This document shows positions 9,091 through 18,777 of a stretch of 32,000 nt of DNA, piece by piece. Source of the DNA: Gordonia phage Frizzle. The position numbers and the translations under genes are program-made. The notes under the pieces are model-generated. The model saw only the letters and a list, made by a program, of their open reading frames with translations, had not been told where the DNA came from and did no database searches. The DNA lies in the sequence record PV366775.1; one strand, given 5' to 3'. Position 1 is the first letter of the stretch; each line of letters begins with the position of its first letter.

Positions 9091-11187
9091 GTGGCTGTCG
9101 TCGGCGACTTCACTTTCTTTCACGTAACCGGGCAGTGGCGTCACCTGGTGGACGACGAACTTTCGGACCCGGACGCCTACCCCGACTCGGCGCGGCCTAC
9201 TGGCAAGGTTACGCTGCGGCCTTTCCTGGGCAAGGACGCGGCCGGTAACCTACGTCTCGAGTTGCCGGTCGGCAACCCCACCGCCTCCACCTCTTTCTCG
9301 ACCGTGACCGCGCTGGTGGCAGACGGCGAGCTCTGCGACCTGCAAGGCCGACCAGGCGTCTGGCTCACCGGTAAGGCCAGCGAGTGGCACGTGTGGTGGG
9401 AGCTGGAAGCCGAGCTGTACTGGCGTGGTAAGCGGGTTCCTACCCGGCGACTGCTGTTTGCCTACCAGGGCGAAGAAGAGCTGCACCTGAACAACCTCAC
9501 TCCGGCCGAGGGCCTGCCGGACGACGTGTTCCCGTCCTACCAGGACGCGGCACTGTCGGCCGCACAGGCACGCGCTGCTCGCGACGAGGCCGTCTCTGCC
9601 GCCTCGCTGGCCCAGAGCGCGGCTGAGGGGGTCCAGGACGTAGCCGACCAGGTCGCTGCAGTCGACGCTTCGCGACAAGCAGCCGAGGACGCGCGAGACC
9701 AGGCCGTCGCTGCGGCTGGTGCGGCCGAGGCCGACGCAGCAGCGGTCCAGGCGGTGGTGGACGACGCTGCTGCAGCTCTCTCTTCGGTGTTCGCGAACGA
9801 GCTGTCCAACCTCAACACGGCAGTCGCCAACGCGTCCACCTCCGCCAGCAACGCAGCCGCCTCCGCCACACAGGCGTCCGGGTTCGCCACTACTGCGGCC
9901 GGTCACGCTTCGGCTGCCAACACCTCACGCTCGGAGGCAGTGACCGCAGCCTCCAACGCGAACACCGCGCGCAGTGACGCGGTCGCGGCTCGAGGAGACG
10001 CGGTCAACGCTCGAGACGTCGCAGTCAACGCTTCTTCCACGGCCTCGGGTCACGCCACTACAGCGGAAACCTCGGCGACCAACGCTGCGGCCTCGGCAGT
10101 GGCAGCGGACGACGCGGCCGACCGAGCCGAGCTTGCCGCCCAGGAGGCCGAGGACACGGTAGCGGCAGGAGTTCCGGCCGCGAGCTCCACTACTCGAGGT
10201 GGTGTGGTCCTCGCGGGCTCGGCTCCCGGCGAGCTGGGCGGTACTTGGGACCACCCCTCGGTCGTCGGCTGGGCCAACAAGGCCGACCTGGTCGGGGGCG
10301 TGGTTCCCACCAGTCAGTTGCCCGCTCGAGCGCTGGTTACTACCAAGCTGGTCAACACCACGGCCGAGCGACTGGCGTTGACTGACGTGCAGGAAGGCGA
10401 CTTCGCAGTACAGCTGCAGAACCCCGGACGCGGCACTTACTCGTTGGGTCCGGGTAGTCCGTCCGACGAGGCCTCCTGGGTCCTGAACGTGTCGCCCACC
10501 GACGCGGTCTCCTCGGTCAACGGGTACAACGGTGTAGTCGTCCTGGGCAAGGCGGACGTCGGGCTGGGCAACGTCGCGAACCTGGCACCGGCCGACCTGC
10601 CGCTGTCGTCGGCTACCAGCTCCGCCCTGGCGGGCAAGGCCAACACCAGCCACACCCACAACGCCTCTGACGTGAACGCGGGAACCCTCGCGTACGCTCG
10701 CCTGCCGGTCGGTACCGGAGCGGGCTCCGTGGTCGCGGGAGACGACGCGAGACTAGCGAACGAGCGCACCCCGACCGACAACTCGGTGTCGACGGCCAAG
10801 CTGCAGAACGGAGCGGTCACGCAGGCCAAGCTCAACGGCGACGTAACTGTCTGGGTGCAGGGCCTGGTGGACACGAGCCTGGTGGCCGCGCAGCGGGTGC
10901 TGGCGAACCTGCAGACCTCGGCCTACACCCTGGCGCTCTCGGACGCCAACCGAGTGGTTGAAGTGGACTCTTCCTCGGCGGTCAACGTAACGGTCCCACC
11001 CGAGTCGGCAGTCAACTTCCCGGTCGGTAGCCTGGTCGAGGTCGCGCAGTTGGGCACTGGCAAGGTTACGCTCGTTGCCGGCAGTGGCGTTACCCTGCAG
11101 TCTGCAGCCTCTCCGCCCACTACCCCGGCTCAGTACACCTCGGTCCTGTTGCGCAAGCGCTCGTCCAACACTTGGCTGGTGTTCTAG
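9091..11187 (+). CDS. tail fibre / minor tail protein, Ala-rich coiled coil
   Basis: 698 aa; long Ala/Ser/Thr-rich heptad-like region; C-terminal HTHNASDVNAGTLAYARLPVGTG...NERTPTDNSVSTAKLQNGAV typical of phage fibres. Confidence 0.75.
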   Translation: MAVVGDFTFFHVTGQWRHLVDDELSDPDAYPDSARPTGKVTLRPFLGKDAAGNLRLELPVGNPTASTSFSTVTALVADGELCDLQGRPGVWLTGKASEWHVWWELEAELYWRGKRVPTRRLLFAYQGEEELHLNNLTPAEGLPDDVFPSYQDAALSAAQARAARDEAVSAASLAQSAAEGVQDVADQVAAVDASRQAAEDARDQAVAAAGAAEADAAAVQAVVDDAAAALSSVFANELSNLNTAVANASTSASNAAASATQASGFATTAAGHASAANTSRSEAVTAASNANTARSDAVAARGDAVNARDVAVNASSTASGHATTAETSATNAAASAVAADDAADRAELAAQEAEDTVAAGVPAASSTTRGGVVLAGSAPGELGGTWDHPSVVGWANKADLVGGVVPTSQLPARALVTTKLVNTTAERLALTDVQEGDFAVQLQNPGRGTYSLGPGSPSDEASWVLNVSPTDAVSSVNGYNGVVVLGKADVGLGNVANLAPADLPLSSATSSALAGKANTSHTHNASDVNAGTLAYARLPVGTGAGSVVAGDDARLANERTPTDNSVSTAKLQNGAVTQAKLNGDVTVWVQGLVDTSLVAAQRVLANLQTSAYTLALSDANRVVEVDSSSAVNVTVPPESAVNFPVGSLVEVAQLGTGKVTLVAGSGVTLQSAASPPTTPAQYTSVLLRKRSSNTWLVF

Positions 11188-11627
11188 TGGCACTCCCCAA
11201 CCTGCGGTTTCGAGGCCTGCGACTTTCGCACCGAGTGCCGCCTTTCGCCCGCCAGAAGGCAGTACAGACGGCCAACATCGGCGACCCCGCCGGTAACCGA
11301 GTCCAGGTCCCGTTGACCTCGGACACTACCTACCCCGCAGTGGTGGTCGACAACACCCTGCGGGTTACCGGCTCCGCCACAGTCACGGTGACTCTCGGAG
11401 TAGGCGGTTCGGGTTCGATCTTCAGTGGAGTTCGGGTGGACCTGGAGCGTAACGGAGTGGTCGTGGGCAGCGTGACGACCTCGAACCAAAGTAACGCAAG
11501 GACCACCACACTGCCAGGGGTCGTGCTGGCCAACGCGGACGAGCTGAAGGTCTGGGCTCAGCGGGTCGCGGTCGGTAGTATCAGCGGTGACGTTCGCAGT
11601 GTGGTGGTCGACTTGGTCCCGGCTTAG
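11187..11627 (+). CDS. small beta-rich tail/fibre-associated protein
   Basis: GTG start at 11187; 146 aa; end of fibre cluster. Confidence 0.55.
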   Translation: MALPNLRFRGLRLSHRVPPFARQKAVQTANIGDPAGNRVQVPLTSDTTYPAVVVDNTLRVTGSATVTVTLGVGGSGSIFSGVRVDLERNGVVVGSVTTSNQSNARTTTLPGVVLANADELKVWAQRVAVGSISGDVRSVVVDLVPA

Positions 11628-14182
11628 TCCTGGGAGCGGTACACCACCTCGCGGGCGAGCTCGCCTTTCAAGACGGTAAACCGGCGAACCGGTCCGTTTT
11701 GGCCCACCCTGGCGCGACGACCACGCTCCACGTCGTTCGGGAAGGCCTGGTACAACGCGTCCAGCTGCTGGTTCAGGCCGTTTTCGGACTCGGTTCGGCT
11801 AGAGACCTGTCCAAAGTTCTCTTTCTTCCACCAGTCTGCCAGCGCGCGGACGTTGACGTACACCTCGTAGGAGTCGTCTTCCTCGTAGGCGGTGGCGACC
11901 GGTGAGCGTCCGGCCGGGTTGAGGGTCTTGTCCGACAGGTACTTCGGCAGCAGCTTTTGGGTCAGCGTGTTGTCGTTCTTCAGCTTGACGCGGACGTTGC
12001 CCGAGGCGTCCAGGGTCTCGCGCGGAGCCTCCAGAACCTGGGTTCGGACCACTTCAGCGTAGTGACCCCCACCCTCAGTGAGCAGCTTCTTGTCGCGGTC
12101 CTTCGACAGCAGGTAGTCCAACAGTCGGGAACCGACCGCCAGGACCAGCAACCGGGAACCCTCGCGGCCGGAGGGCAGTTTGGTCCGCAGCTCCACGCAG
12201 GCGTTGGCGACCTCCCGCTCGACGGCCAGTACGGCAGTGACGTAGTGACCGGCGAGACTGGCTCCGCCACCCAGTCGCGTGAGCCGGTCGGTCACCTCAA
12301 CAACGTCGTTCCACTGCGAGTAGTCACCCTTAGCGGACTTGCGGTCAGTCGGCGAGCTCGGGTTGACCAGGACACAGCGGTCCAGGGTGGCCTTCTGGTC
12401 GTGCAACTCCAGTGACTCGCCAGACAACAGGAGAGACCCTACCAAGTCGTAGTTCACCGACACCGACTGGTTGACCATCTTGGTCAGCGTACCCCCTGCG
12501 GTGAGCACTCGGATCAGCTCGTGAACCGACTGCGGCTCGTCCAGGTCGTCTACCCACACCAGGCCGTTGTAGTTCGCCGCGAGGGCGTTCCGGAGGGTCG
12601 GGACAGTGTAGTGTCCCTCGCCAGTGGTGGACCCCGAGAGCTGCACCATCAGGCTGAAGAAACCCGAGGTCTTGCCCGAGCCCGAGGCCGCTTCCACTGC
12701 GCAGACCGGAAACAGTGGGACGTGTTTACGAACCAGGTGCTTCGCGAAGTTCGCCGCCCACCAGCCGCCGAACAGCGCGACAGTCAGGTCGTCCTGGAAC
12801 TCGCAGACCTCAGCCAGGACCTGGCGGGCTTCCTCGGCGGTCTGCTCGGTGCCGTAGTGCTGGGTCGCCGCGCGTGACGAGCGCAGGGTCGGGTTGGGTC
12901 GGGCGACCGAGTACCCACGAGGTCCGTTGGCGTCCAACACCCCGTCAAAGGTCAGGAACCCTTGCTCTTCCTCACACCAGCCGAGGCGGTTTACCTGCAA
13001 CGCGACCGGAGCGGGCTGCGACTGCAGGTACTGGTGCAGCTTAGTGGGCCACTCCGGGGTTTTGTGAACCAGCTTGTCCGGCTGGGTCACCGAGGCACCG
13101 AAGGAGGCGAGTCGACGTTTCAGAGCTCGCGCGTCACCAAACAGGTCGGCTTCGAGTGAGACCGGGGTCTCGGTCTTGTCGCGGTGCAGCTGCAGCAGGC
13201 AGTCGTAAGTCAGCGAGTTGTCCTCGGGGTCCCGCAACACACCCACCAGCTTAAGGTCGAAGTCGGCGAACTGGACCGCCACCGGCTCGGTCTTCTTGTC
13301 GTCACCGACGTAACCGGCAGTCAGCAACTGGTAGTCGTCCGAGACCAACCAGCCCGACTCCTCCTTCAGCGTCTCCAGGAAGTCGCGCTCGGGGTGGCCG
13401 GAGCTCTCGGTGTTCCAGACTGACTTGCCGGTCTTGTCTACCTCGCCCTGGTCCAGCGGCTGCGGCAGCAGCTTGTTCGCCGCGTTCACGTGGTACCAGT
13501 ACAGGTCGGGCTCCGCCCGGTACCGTTTGGCGTAGTGACCGCAGACCTTGGTGAGCCACTCGTTACGGCCACCCTCGGCCGGGGGGTTGTTCAGCAGCGA
13601 GGTCAGCAGCGACTTGACGTCCGCGTTACCCTCACCTCCGGTGGCCTGGGCGGTGCGCACGCGCTTGAGCAGCGAGTCGGGAACGAACACCACCGGCTGG
13701 TCGTCCTGGGTGTACTTCTGGCCGGTCTCGGGGTGGACCGAACCCGGCAGGACCACGTACGAGTTCGCTCCGGTCTTGACGTCGACGCCAGGTCCCAGGA
13801 CGTTGGCACCGGACTTGACCCGTTGCAAGTCGTGCAACGAGTAGACCAGGTGGACACCCCCGTCGCCTCGGCCGGAGTAGTGGCGGCGAGTCGGTGGCAG
13901 GTCCTCGGGAACCTTGCCGCCTGAGCGGGGGTCCACGTCCACCACCAGCTTGCCCGCGCAGGAACCGCCCACGTTGCAGTCTGGGTAGAGCTTGGCCCAG
14001 CGAGCCAGCGTCTCCGGGTCACGGGTGGCGTCTTTGACACCGGCCGACCCCTTGTAAGGTTCCTTCGAGCGGGGGGCGAGAGGGAAAACCGACCAACCTT
14101 GGCCGACCCAGTAGAGGAAGAGTTCCTCCACGTTCTGCAGGTCCTGGGGTTGAGCGGCGGACAGGTTGTGTGGTAGTTTCAA
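11624..14182 (-). CDS. bifunctional primase/polymerase (prim-pol) plus helicase-like protein
   Basis: N-terminal ...GWSVFPLAPRSKEPYKGSAGVKDAT...VVDVDPRSGG...HLVYS... prim-pol features; central Walker-A-like AASGSGKTSG and VWVDDLDE. Confidence 0.75.
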   Translation of the reverse strand: MKLPHNLSAAQPQDLQNVEELFLYWVGQGWSVFPLAPRSKEPYKGSAGVKDATRDPETLARWAKLYPDCNVGGSCAGKLVVDVDPRSGGKVPEDLPPTRRHYSGRGDGGVHLVYSLHDLQRVKSGANVLGPGVDVKTGANSYVVLPGSVHPETGQKYTQDDQPVVFVPDSLLKRVRTAQATGGEGNADVKSLLTSLLNNPPAEGGRNEWLTKVCGHYAKRYRAEPDLYWYHVNAANKLLPQPLDQGEVDKTGKSVWNTESSGHPERDFLETLKEESGWLVSDDYQLLTAGYVGDDKKTEPVAVQFADFDLKLVGVLRDPEDNSLTYDCLLQLHRDKTETPVSLEADLFGDARALKRRLASFGASVTQPDKLVHKTPEWPTKLHQYLQSQPAPVALQVNRLGWCEEEQGFLTFDGVLDANGPRGYSVARPNPTLRSSRAATQHYGTEQTAEEARQVLAEVCEFQDDLTVALFGGWWAANFAKHLVRKHVPLFPVCAVEAASGSGKTSGFFSLMVQLSGSTTGEGHYTVPTLRNALAANYNGLVWVDDLDEPQSVHELIRVLTAGGTLTKMVNQSVSVNYDLVGSLLLSGESLELHDQKATLDRCVLVNPSSPTDRKSAKGDYSQWNDVVEVTDRLTRLGGGASLAGHYVTAVLAVEREVANACVELRTKLPSGREGSRLLVLAVGSRLLDYLLSKDRDKKLLTEGGGHYAEVVRTQVLEAPRETLDASGNVRVKLKNDNTLTQKLLPKYLSDKTLNPAGRSPVATAYEEDDSYEVYVNVRALADWWKKENFGQVSSRTESENGLNQQLDALYQAFPNDVERGRRARVGQNGPVRRFTVLKGELAREVVYRSQD

Positions 14183-14220
14183 GGGGAACTGGCTCTCTTC
14201 CTAGCGCGGGTTCTTGGGTG

Positions 14221-14266
14221 GAACGACCCCCAGTCGCCAAAAAGTGACTGGGGGTCGTTCGTTTTT
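14221..14266. terminator. strong hairpin with T-tract on + side
   Basis: GAACGACCCCCAGTC-N10-GACTGGGGGTCGTTC perfect 15-bp stem followed by GTTTTT. Confidence 0.8.
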
Positions 14267-14280
14267 CCGTTACCTACCGG

Positions 14281-14751
14281 TCAGTACTCGTCGTCCGAGT
14301 CCTCCTTGGCAGCCGAGCTGCCGACCGACTCGGGGTCGAAGTCCCACTCGTCCGGGTTGAACTCCGACAGCGACTGCACCTGGTTGCGCAGCTGTCCGGC
14401 CTTGGGGCCACGGCTGATCGGCTCCTGGACCAAGTACAGCACGACCCACTCGCCGACCAGCTCGTCGGTGTCGGAGTCCGAGGTGTAGCCGAAGGCCTCG
14501 AACGTGGCCTTCAGGAAGCCGAGCGACTTCGGCGACAGGCTGGTGTTGTTCCACTGGCGACCGGCCTGCTTGTTGCCGTCTGCGTCGTGCAGGTTCTCGA
14601 ACTCCCACACCCAGTAAGGGTACTCGTTGCCGTCCTTCTGGACAACACTCTTCAGCTGCGCAGCGTAGCGGCCCTCCGGCAGGAGGTAGGAGCCGGACGC
14701 GGCCTCGGACTTGTCGACCTGGGCGGCAACCTTCTTGGTGAGCTTCGGCAC
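14281..14751 (-). CDS. DUF669-like / putative ssDNA-binding protein
   Basis: 156 aa; GSYLLPEGRYAAQLKSVVQKDG...YWVWEFE...; acidic C-terminus ...DSDDEY; next to Sak4-like ATPase. Confidence 0.55.
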   Translation of the reverse strand: MPKLTKKVAAQVDKSEAASGSYLLPEGRYAAQLKSVVQKDGNEYPYWVWEFENLHDADGNKQAGRQWNNTSLSPKSLGFLKATFEAFGYTSDSDTDELVGEWVVLYLVQEPISRGPKAGQLRNQVQSLSEFNPDEWDFDPESVGSSAAKEDSDDEY

Positions 14752-14805
14752 TGTTTTTCTCTCTTCTCTCTTGTTTTTCTTCTGAACCCAGCTGCAGCTG
14801 GGAGT

Positions 14806-15804
14806 TTACTTGTCGGCCTCGGCAGCAGCGGCCGGTGCGGCCTTCTTTGCCGGGGCCTTGCGGGCGGTGGTCTTGGTGGCCTTGCGCTTTTCCTTCTCGA
14901 GACGCTCGGCCTCCAGTTTGGCCTTGCGCTCGGCCTCCTTCGCCTCCAGTTCGGTCTGCAGAGGGTCTTCCTGGTCGTCGTACACCCCGTTCACGTAGTC
15001 CAGGACGCGGACGAAGTTCGGCTCGTTGAGGACTTCCGGCAGGACGCCGAAGCGGTCCTTCGCGCGAACCCGGTCGGTCTTGGTGAACCGAGCGCGGAAG
15101 TCGTTCTCCGGGCTCGCGAGCCGTCCGACGAGGTCCGCGTAGCCCAGGACGTCGGTACACAGGGCAGGAGTCAGCGCGGGACGGTACTCCTTGGCGTCCT
15201 CGTCGTCCTTCTCCAAACAGAGAAACACCACGTGGCAGGGAAGGTCCCGGAACTTGCGGACAAGTTTACGGAGCTGGTTCGTCATCACCCCGTAGTCGTC
15301 GCGGTCCACGAAGTCCGGGTCCACCTCGACGCGGGACTTGGCAACGCGCTTCTTGGTCGCCTGCTCCCGCAGCACGTGGTGGGTCTCGGTGAGCGAGTCG
15401 ACCACGACGCAGAACCAGGAGTTGGGGTCGTCGGTCAGGTCTTCCAGGATCTGCTGGTGGAGGTCCTCCAGCGACTGGGCGGTGACCTCGGTACCGGCCG
15501 GAGGCCAGACGGCGAGGTTCTCGGTCTTGACTCCCTGCTTGCGCAGCGCGACCTTCTTCAGACCGCCTTCCACGTTCACGAACAGGGTCCGGCCGAGGTT
15601 CGCGGCGAACGCGGCCGAGGTCGTCTTGCCAGTTCCCTCGTGGCCGTACAGTACGGCCTTGACGTACTCGGTGGTTTCTTCCAGCGGAGTGAACCAGTCC
15701 GAGGTGGACTTCTTCTTGACAGACTCGGCCGGGGGTGCCGTGTCAGCGACCGTGTTCTCGGTCGAGCTCGGGTCTCCGTCGAGCAGCTTACCTGCTTTGG
15801 GCAC
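14806..15804 (-). CDS. Sak4-like/RecA-fold phage ATPase
   Basis: LYGHEGTGKTTSAAFAA Walker A, WFCVVVDSLTE Walker B-like; Lys/Ala-rich tail. Confidence 0.75.
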   Translation of the reverse strand: MPKAGKLLDGDPSSTENTVADTAPPAESVKKKSTSDWFTPLEETTEYVKAVLYGHEGTGKTTSAAFAANLGRTLFVNVEGGLKKVALRKQGVKTENLAVWPPAGTEVTAQSLEDLHQQILEDLTDDPNSWFCVVVDSLTETHHVLREQATKKRVAKSRVEVDPDFVDRDDYGVMTNQLRKLVRKFRDLPCHVVFLCLEKDDEDAKEYRPALTPALCTDVLGYADLVGRLASPENDFRARFTKTDRVRAKDRFGVLPEVLNEPNFVRVLDYVNGVYDDQEDPLQTELEAKEAERKAKLEAERLEKEKRKATKTTARKAPAKKAAPAAAAEADK

Positions 15805-15856
15805 TTTCTCTTCCTCTCCTGGGTGGGTCTTACACTAGTGTACGCTACCAGCTAGG

Positions 15857-16891
15857 CTACGGGGTCCACAAGTGCGGCTTTCGCGTGCCGGCAGGAGGAA
15901 CCAGAGACACCACCGGGTCCTCGTCGTACTCGCGGTGCTTCTTGTCGTTGACGGTGAACCCGAAGTCCTGCAGGACGGTTTCTTCGGACGCCACGCCTTT
16001 ACGGTACAGCAGGTGGGCCTGCAGGAAGTCGCAACGCCAGGAGCAGCGGTCAGGAGCCGGGGACGAGTGCAGCGGGGTGTCTCCTCCCCAAGCCGCGCAG
16101 GCGGTGTTGTAGGCGTCGCGGACGAGGTTGTCCAGCTCCTGTTCGGTGCGGTAGGTCGAGACCCTCCGGAACCGCTGCTCCAACGTCATCGGGCTCTTGT
16201 TGCGTTGGGTCCGAGCGTCCGAGCGGACGGTTCCGAACACCGGGTAGCCCAACTGCCGCAGAGCCCAGGTGTACAGCCCGAACTGGTCGTCCAAGTCCAC
16301 CTCGGTCTCTCGGCTGAAGTCGCGTGCCGACTTGTGGTCGACCAGCCAGACCTTGCCGGTGGCTCGGTCCCGGACCACCAGGTCCACCTTGAACCGCAGG
16401 TCCACCCGCAACCCACCCTCAGGTCCAGGCAACGGGACCTGGCCCGCGAACTCGACTTCCAGGACTTCCCAGTCGGGGTCTAGGCCGTAGCAGTCCAGGT
16501 GTCCGTCGTAGAGCCACTCGACCTTCTCCTGGTCCTCGTTCTGCCGACCGGCCTCGTCGTACAGCAGGTGCTTCTTCACCCACTCGAACAGGAAGGCCGG
16601 GTCCACCGCCACGTTGTTGCCGAAACGCTGAACCCAGGTGTAGTGGCACTCCAGGACCAGGTGCCACAGGGAGCCGCGCGACAGTGGCGAACCCACCTTG
16701 GGCGGCTTGACCCACCGGTCCTTGTAGGACCACTTGTGCTTCAGCGGGCACTGCCGGTAGGCGTCGAGCTCAGAGTAGGTCACCACCACCTGCGGCGTAA
16801 GGGAACTGACCGAAGAGGTCGGTTTCGTGGGCTGGTTTGCCTTGGTGGCGGAGGAGCCAGTGGTAGCCGTGGACTTGGGCGTCTTGGGCAT
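15857..16891 (-). CDS. Cas4/RecB-like PD-(D/E)XK exonuclease
   Basis: VTYSELDAYRQCPLKHKWSYKDRW; RVDLRFKVDLVVRDRATGKVWLVDHKSA; C-terminal ACAAWGG...CDFLQ. Confidence 0.8.
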   Translation of the reverse strand: MPKTPKSTATTGSSATKANQPTKPTSSVSSLTPQVVVTYSELDAYRQCPLKHKWSYKDRWVKPPKVGSPLSRGSLWHLVLECHYTWVQRFGNNVAVDPAFLFEWVKKHLLYDEAGRQNEDQEKVEWLYDGHLDCYGLDPDWEVLEVEFAGQVPLPGPEGGLRVDLRFKVDLVVRDRATGKVWLVDHKSARDFSRETEVDLDDQFGLYTWALRQLGYPVFGTVRSDARTQRNKSPMTLEQRFRRVSTYRTEQELDNLVRDAYNTACAAWGGDTPLHSSPAPDRCSWRCDFLQAHLLYRKGVASEETVLQDFGFTVNDKKHREYDEDPVVSLVPPAGTRKPHLWTP

Positions 16892-17237
16892 GCGAACCCT
16901 TTCCTGGGGGAACTAGTTGGAGGTTGTGTGCTCTGCAGTAGGCCGCAGTGGGTTTCTTCACCGAGGCGGACTGCAGGTAGACCGGGCAGTGGTGAAGGAA
17001 AGCCCAGTAGGTCAGTGCGCCGACGTGTTGGGCGGTGACCAGGGTCGTTCGGGACAGGCTCTTCGCCTTGTCCGGGTAGAGCCGGAACTCCTCGACTACC
17101 AGCGTCCGGGGCTGGTGTTCCTCGAGCAGGTCGAAGCTCTCTCGTGGCGTGGTCGCGAAGCACTCGACCACCTGGTCGTCTTCCCACGCGCAGAACCCGA
17201 CGTACTCTTCGCCGGGGTCCACCGAAACCCACCTCAC
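16770..17237 (-). CDS. RuvC-like Holliday junction resolvase
   Basis: VSVDPGEEYVGFCAWEDD, LVVEEFRLYPDKAK, HAQDAQVHGYHWL (D/E...D pattern); likely GTG start at 17237. Confidence 0.65.
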   Translation of the reverse strand: MRWVSVDPGEEYVGFCAWEDDQVVECFATTPRESFDLLEEHQPRTLVVEEFRLYPDKAKSLSRTTLVTAQHVGALTYWAFLHHCPVYLQSASVKKPTAAYCRAHNLQLVPPGKGSHAQDAQVHGYHWLLRHQGKPAHETDLFGQFPYAAGGGDLL

Positions 17238-17377
17238 GAGCACTCTCCCGCGTGGTACAGGAAGCACTGCGGGCAGTACGGCTCGTGTTTGGTCGGTTGG
17301 CGTAGGTCGAACTCGTAGTCGGGGTCTCCTCTCGTGGTGAAGCGGTCGTGCGGGCGGGCAACGTCGGTCAACTTCAC
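17234..17377 (-). CDS. small Cys-containing protein
   Basis: 47 aa from GTG 17377 with CAAGGAGC Shine-Dalgarno; CPQCFLYHAGEC; GTGA overlap with downstream gene. Confidence 0.5.
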   Translation of the reverse strand: MKLTDVARPHDRFTTRGDPDYEFDLRQPTKHEPYCPQCFLYHAGECS

Positions 17378-18777
17378 AGGAGCTCCTTGAACCTCGCGGC
17401 AGACAGCGTTCGAGTCTGCGCGTCGACCTTCGAGTCTACTAGGTCCCGCTTGTTCTCGTCCAAGCAGCGAGCTCCGTTGCGGCGAGTGCTGACGTACTCG
17501 CGCACAGTGCAGGGGTGTTCCTGGCCGAGCCGGTGGATCCGTCGCTTGACCTGTTGGTTTCGACTGGGCTTGTAGCTGGTCTCGAGCTGGACCAGCAGGT
17601 CGGCCGCAGTGAGGGTCAGTCCCTCGGCTACGGTGTCCAGTGAACCGCACAGGACGTCGTAACGGCCCTCCTGGAAGCCCTGGACGGCCTCGCGACGGTC
17701 TCGGCTGTTCGTACCCCCGTGCACCACTGCTGTTCGCTTCCCGAGGTCACGAGACACCTGCGCTGCGGCCTCTACGGTGAGCCGGTAGTGCGCGGCGACC
17801 AGGGTCGGCCGGAAGCGCTCGCTCAGGTCCTCCCGCAGTTGCTCGAGCTTGTTGGAGTCGGCAACCTCGGGTCGGCCGGTGAGTAATCCCAGGCCGGTGG
17901 TCAACTTGTCCAGCAGACAGTTTTTGGCTGAGTCGGACCAGGCGACCACCTCCTCGTCGCCGACCGTGGCGAAGTAGTCCTTCTTCAGCGACGCGTACTC
18001 GCGGTCCTGCTTGGGCGTGAACGGAAGCTTCACCACCTGGACGGTCAGCGGAGGCAGGTCGGTCAACACGTCGTCGCGCAGCCGCTGCAGGAACTTGTCG
18101 CCGAAGTTGGCCTGGGCGAAGTCCAGGTAGTGCTGGCAGGGGTCCAGCGGTGAGCGCTGGTTGCAGGCCGGAGTGCAGCCGCGCAGGCCCAACACGTCGT
18201 AGGCGAAGTCGCCGCCAAACTTCGAGGGCCTGGTCTTGAACCACTCGTCGGTCCAACGCCAGCGCGAGCCGAACCGGCCTCCGGGCTTGGCCTCGTTCGG
18301 GTACAGCAGGCGCAGCGGCACCAGCAGCTCGTGGGGCCAGTTCGGCACCGGGGTTCCCGAGGCCAGGAACACCTGGTCGGCTTGCTTCGCGAGCTTCACC
18401 ACGGCCTTGGTCCGGAGAGCCTTCTCGTTCTTCACGTAGTGGGCCTCGTCCAACACCAGGGTGTCCCAGTGCCGGTCCAGGTGCGGGTGTAGGTCCGTGG
18501 TCGGGGTCGTGCCACCTTTGGGAGTCCGCACGCGCTGGGTCAGGTCCGAGTAACTGGCGAAGCTGAAGGTGTCCGGGTCGTCCGCCCAGCGCTCGGCCTC
18601 GGCCTCCCAGTTGCCCGAGTCGACCAGGGTCGCCGGGGCCACCACGAGGGTGTTTCCGTCACCAGCCGCGCGCACCAACTGGGCGGACTTACCAAGTCCC
18701 ATCTCGTCCCCGAGGTAGGCTCGTCCCTGCTCCTCCAGGAACTGGACTCCCTCGAGCTGGTAGGGTCGCAGGTTCAC
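17374..18777 (-). CDS. Snf2/SF2-family DNA helicase
   Basis: LRPYQLEGVQFL..YLGDEMGLGKSAQ, LVLDEAHYVKN, LASGTPVPN, RIHRLGQEHPCTVREYV; start GTG 18777 preceded by AAGGAG. Confidence 0.9.
   Translation of the reverse strand: MNLRPYQLEGVQFLEEQGRAYLGDEMGLGKSAQLVRAAGDGNTLVVAPATLVDSGNWEAEAERWADDPDTFSFASYSDLTQRVRTPKGGTTPTTDLHPHLDRHWDTLVLDEAHYVKNEKALRTKAVVKLAKQADQVFLASGTPVPNWPHELLVPLRLLYPNEAKPGGRFGSRWRWTDEWFKTRPSKFGGDFAYDVLGLRGCTPACNQRSPLDPCQHYLDFAQANFGDKFLQRLRDDVLTDLPPLTVQVVKLPFTPKQDREYASLKKDYFATVGDEEVVAWSDSAKNCLLDKLTTGLGLLTGRPEVADSNKLEQLREDLSERFRPTLVAAHYRLTVEAAAQVSRDLGKRTAVVHGGTNSRDRREAVQGFQEGRYDVLCGSLDTVAEGLTLTAADLLVQLETSYKPSRNQQVKRRIHRLGQEHPCTVREYVSTRRNGARCLDENKRDLVDSKVDAQTRTLSAARFKELL

Noticed and set aside
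14587-15855. 422-aa ORF on + strand
   Set aside because: Antisense shadow of the ATPase gene, which has clear Walker motifs; GC-rich shadow ORF.
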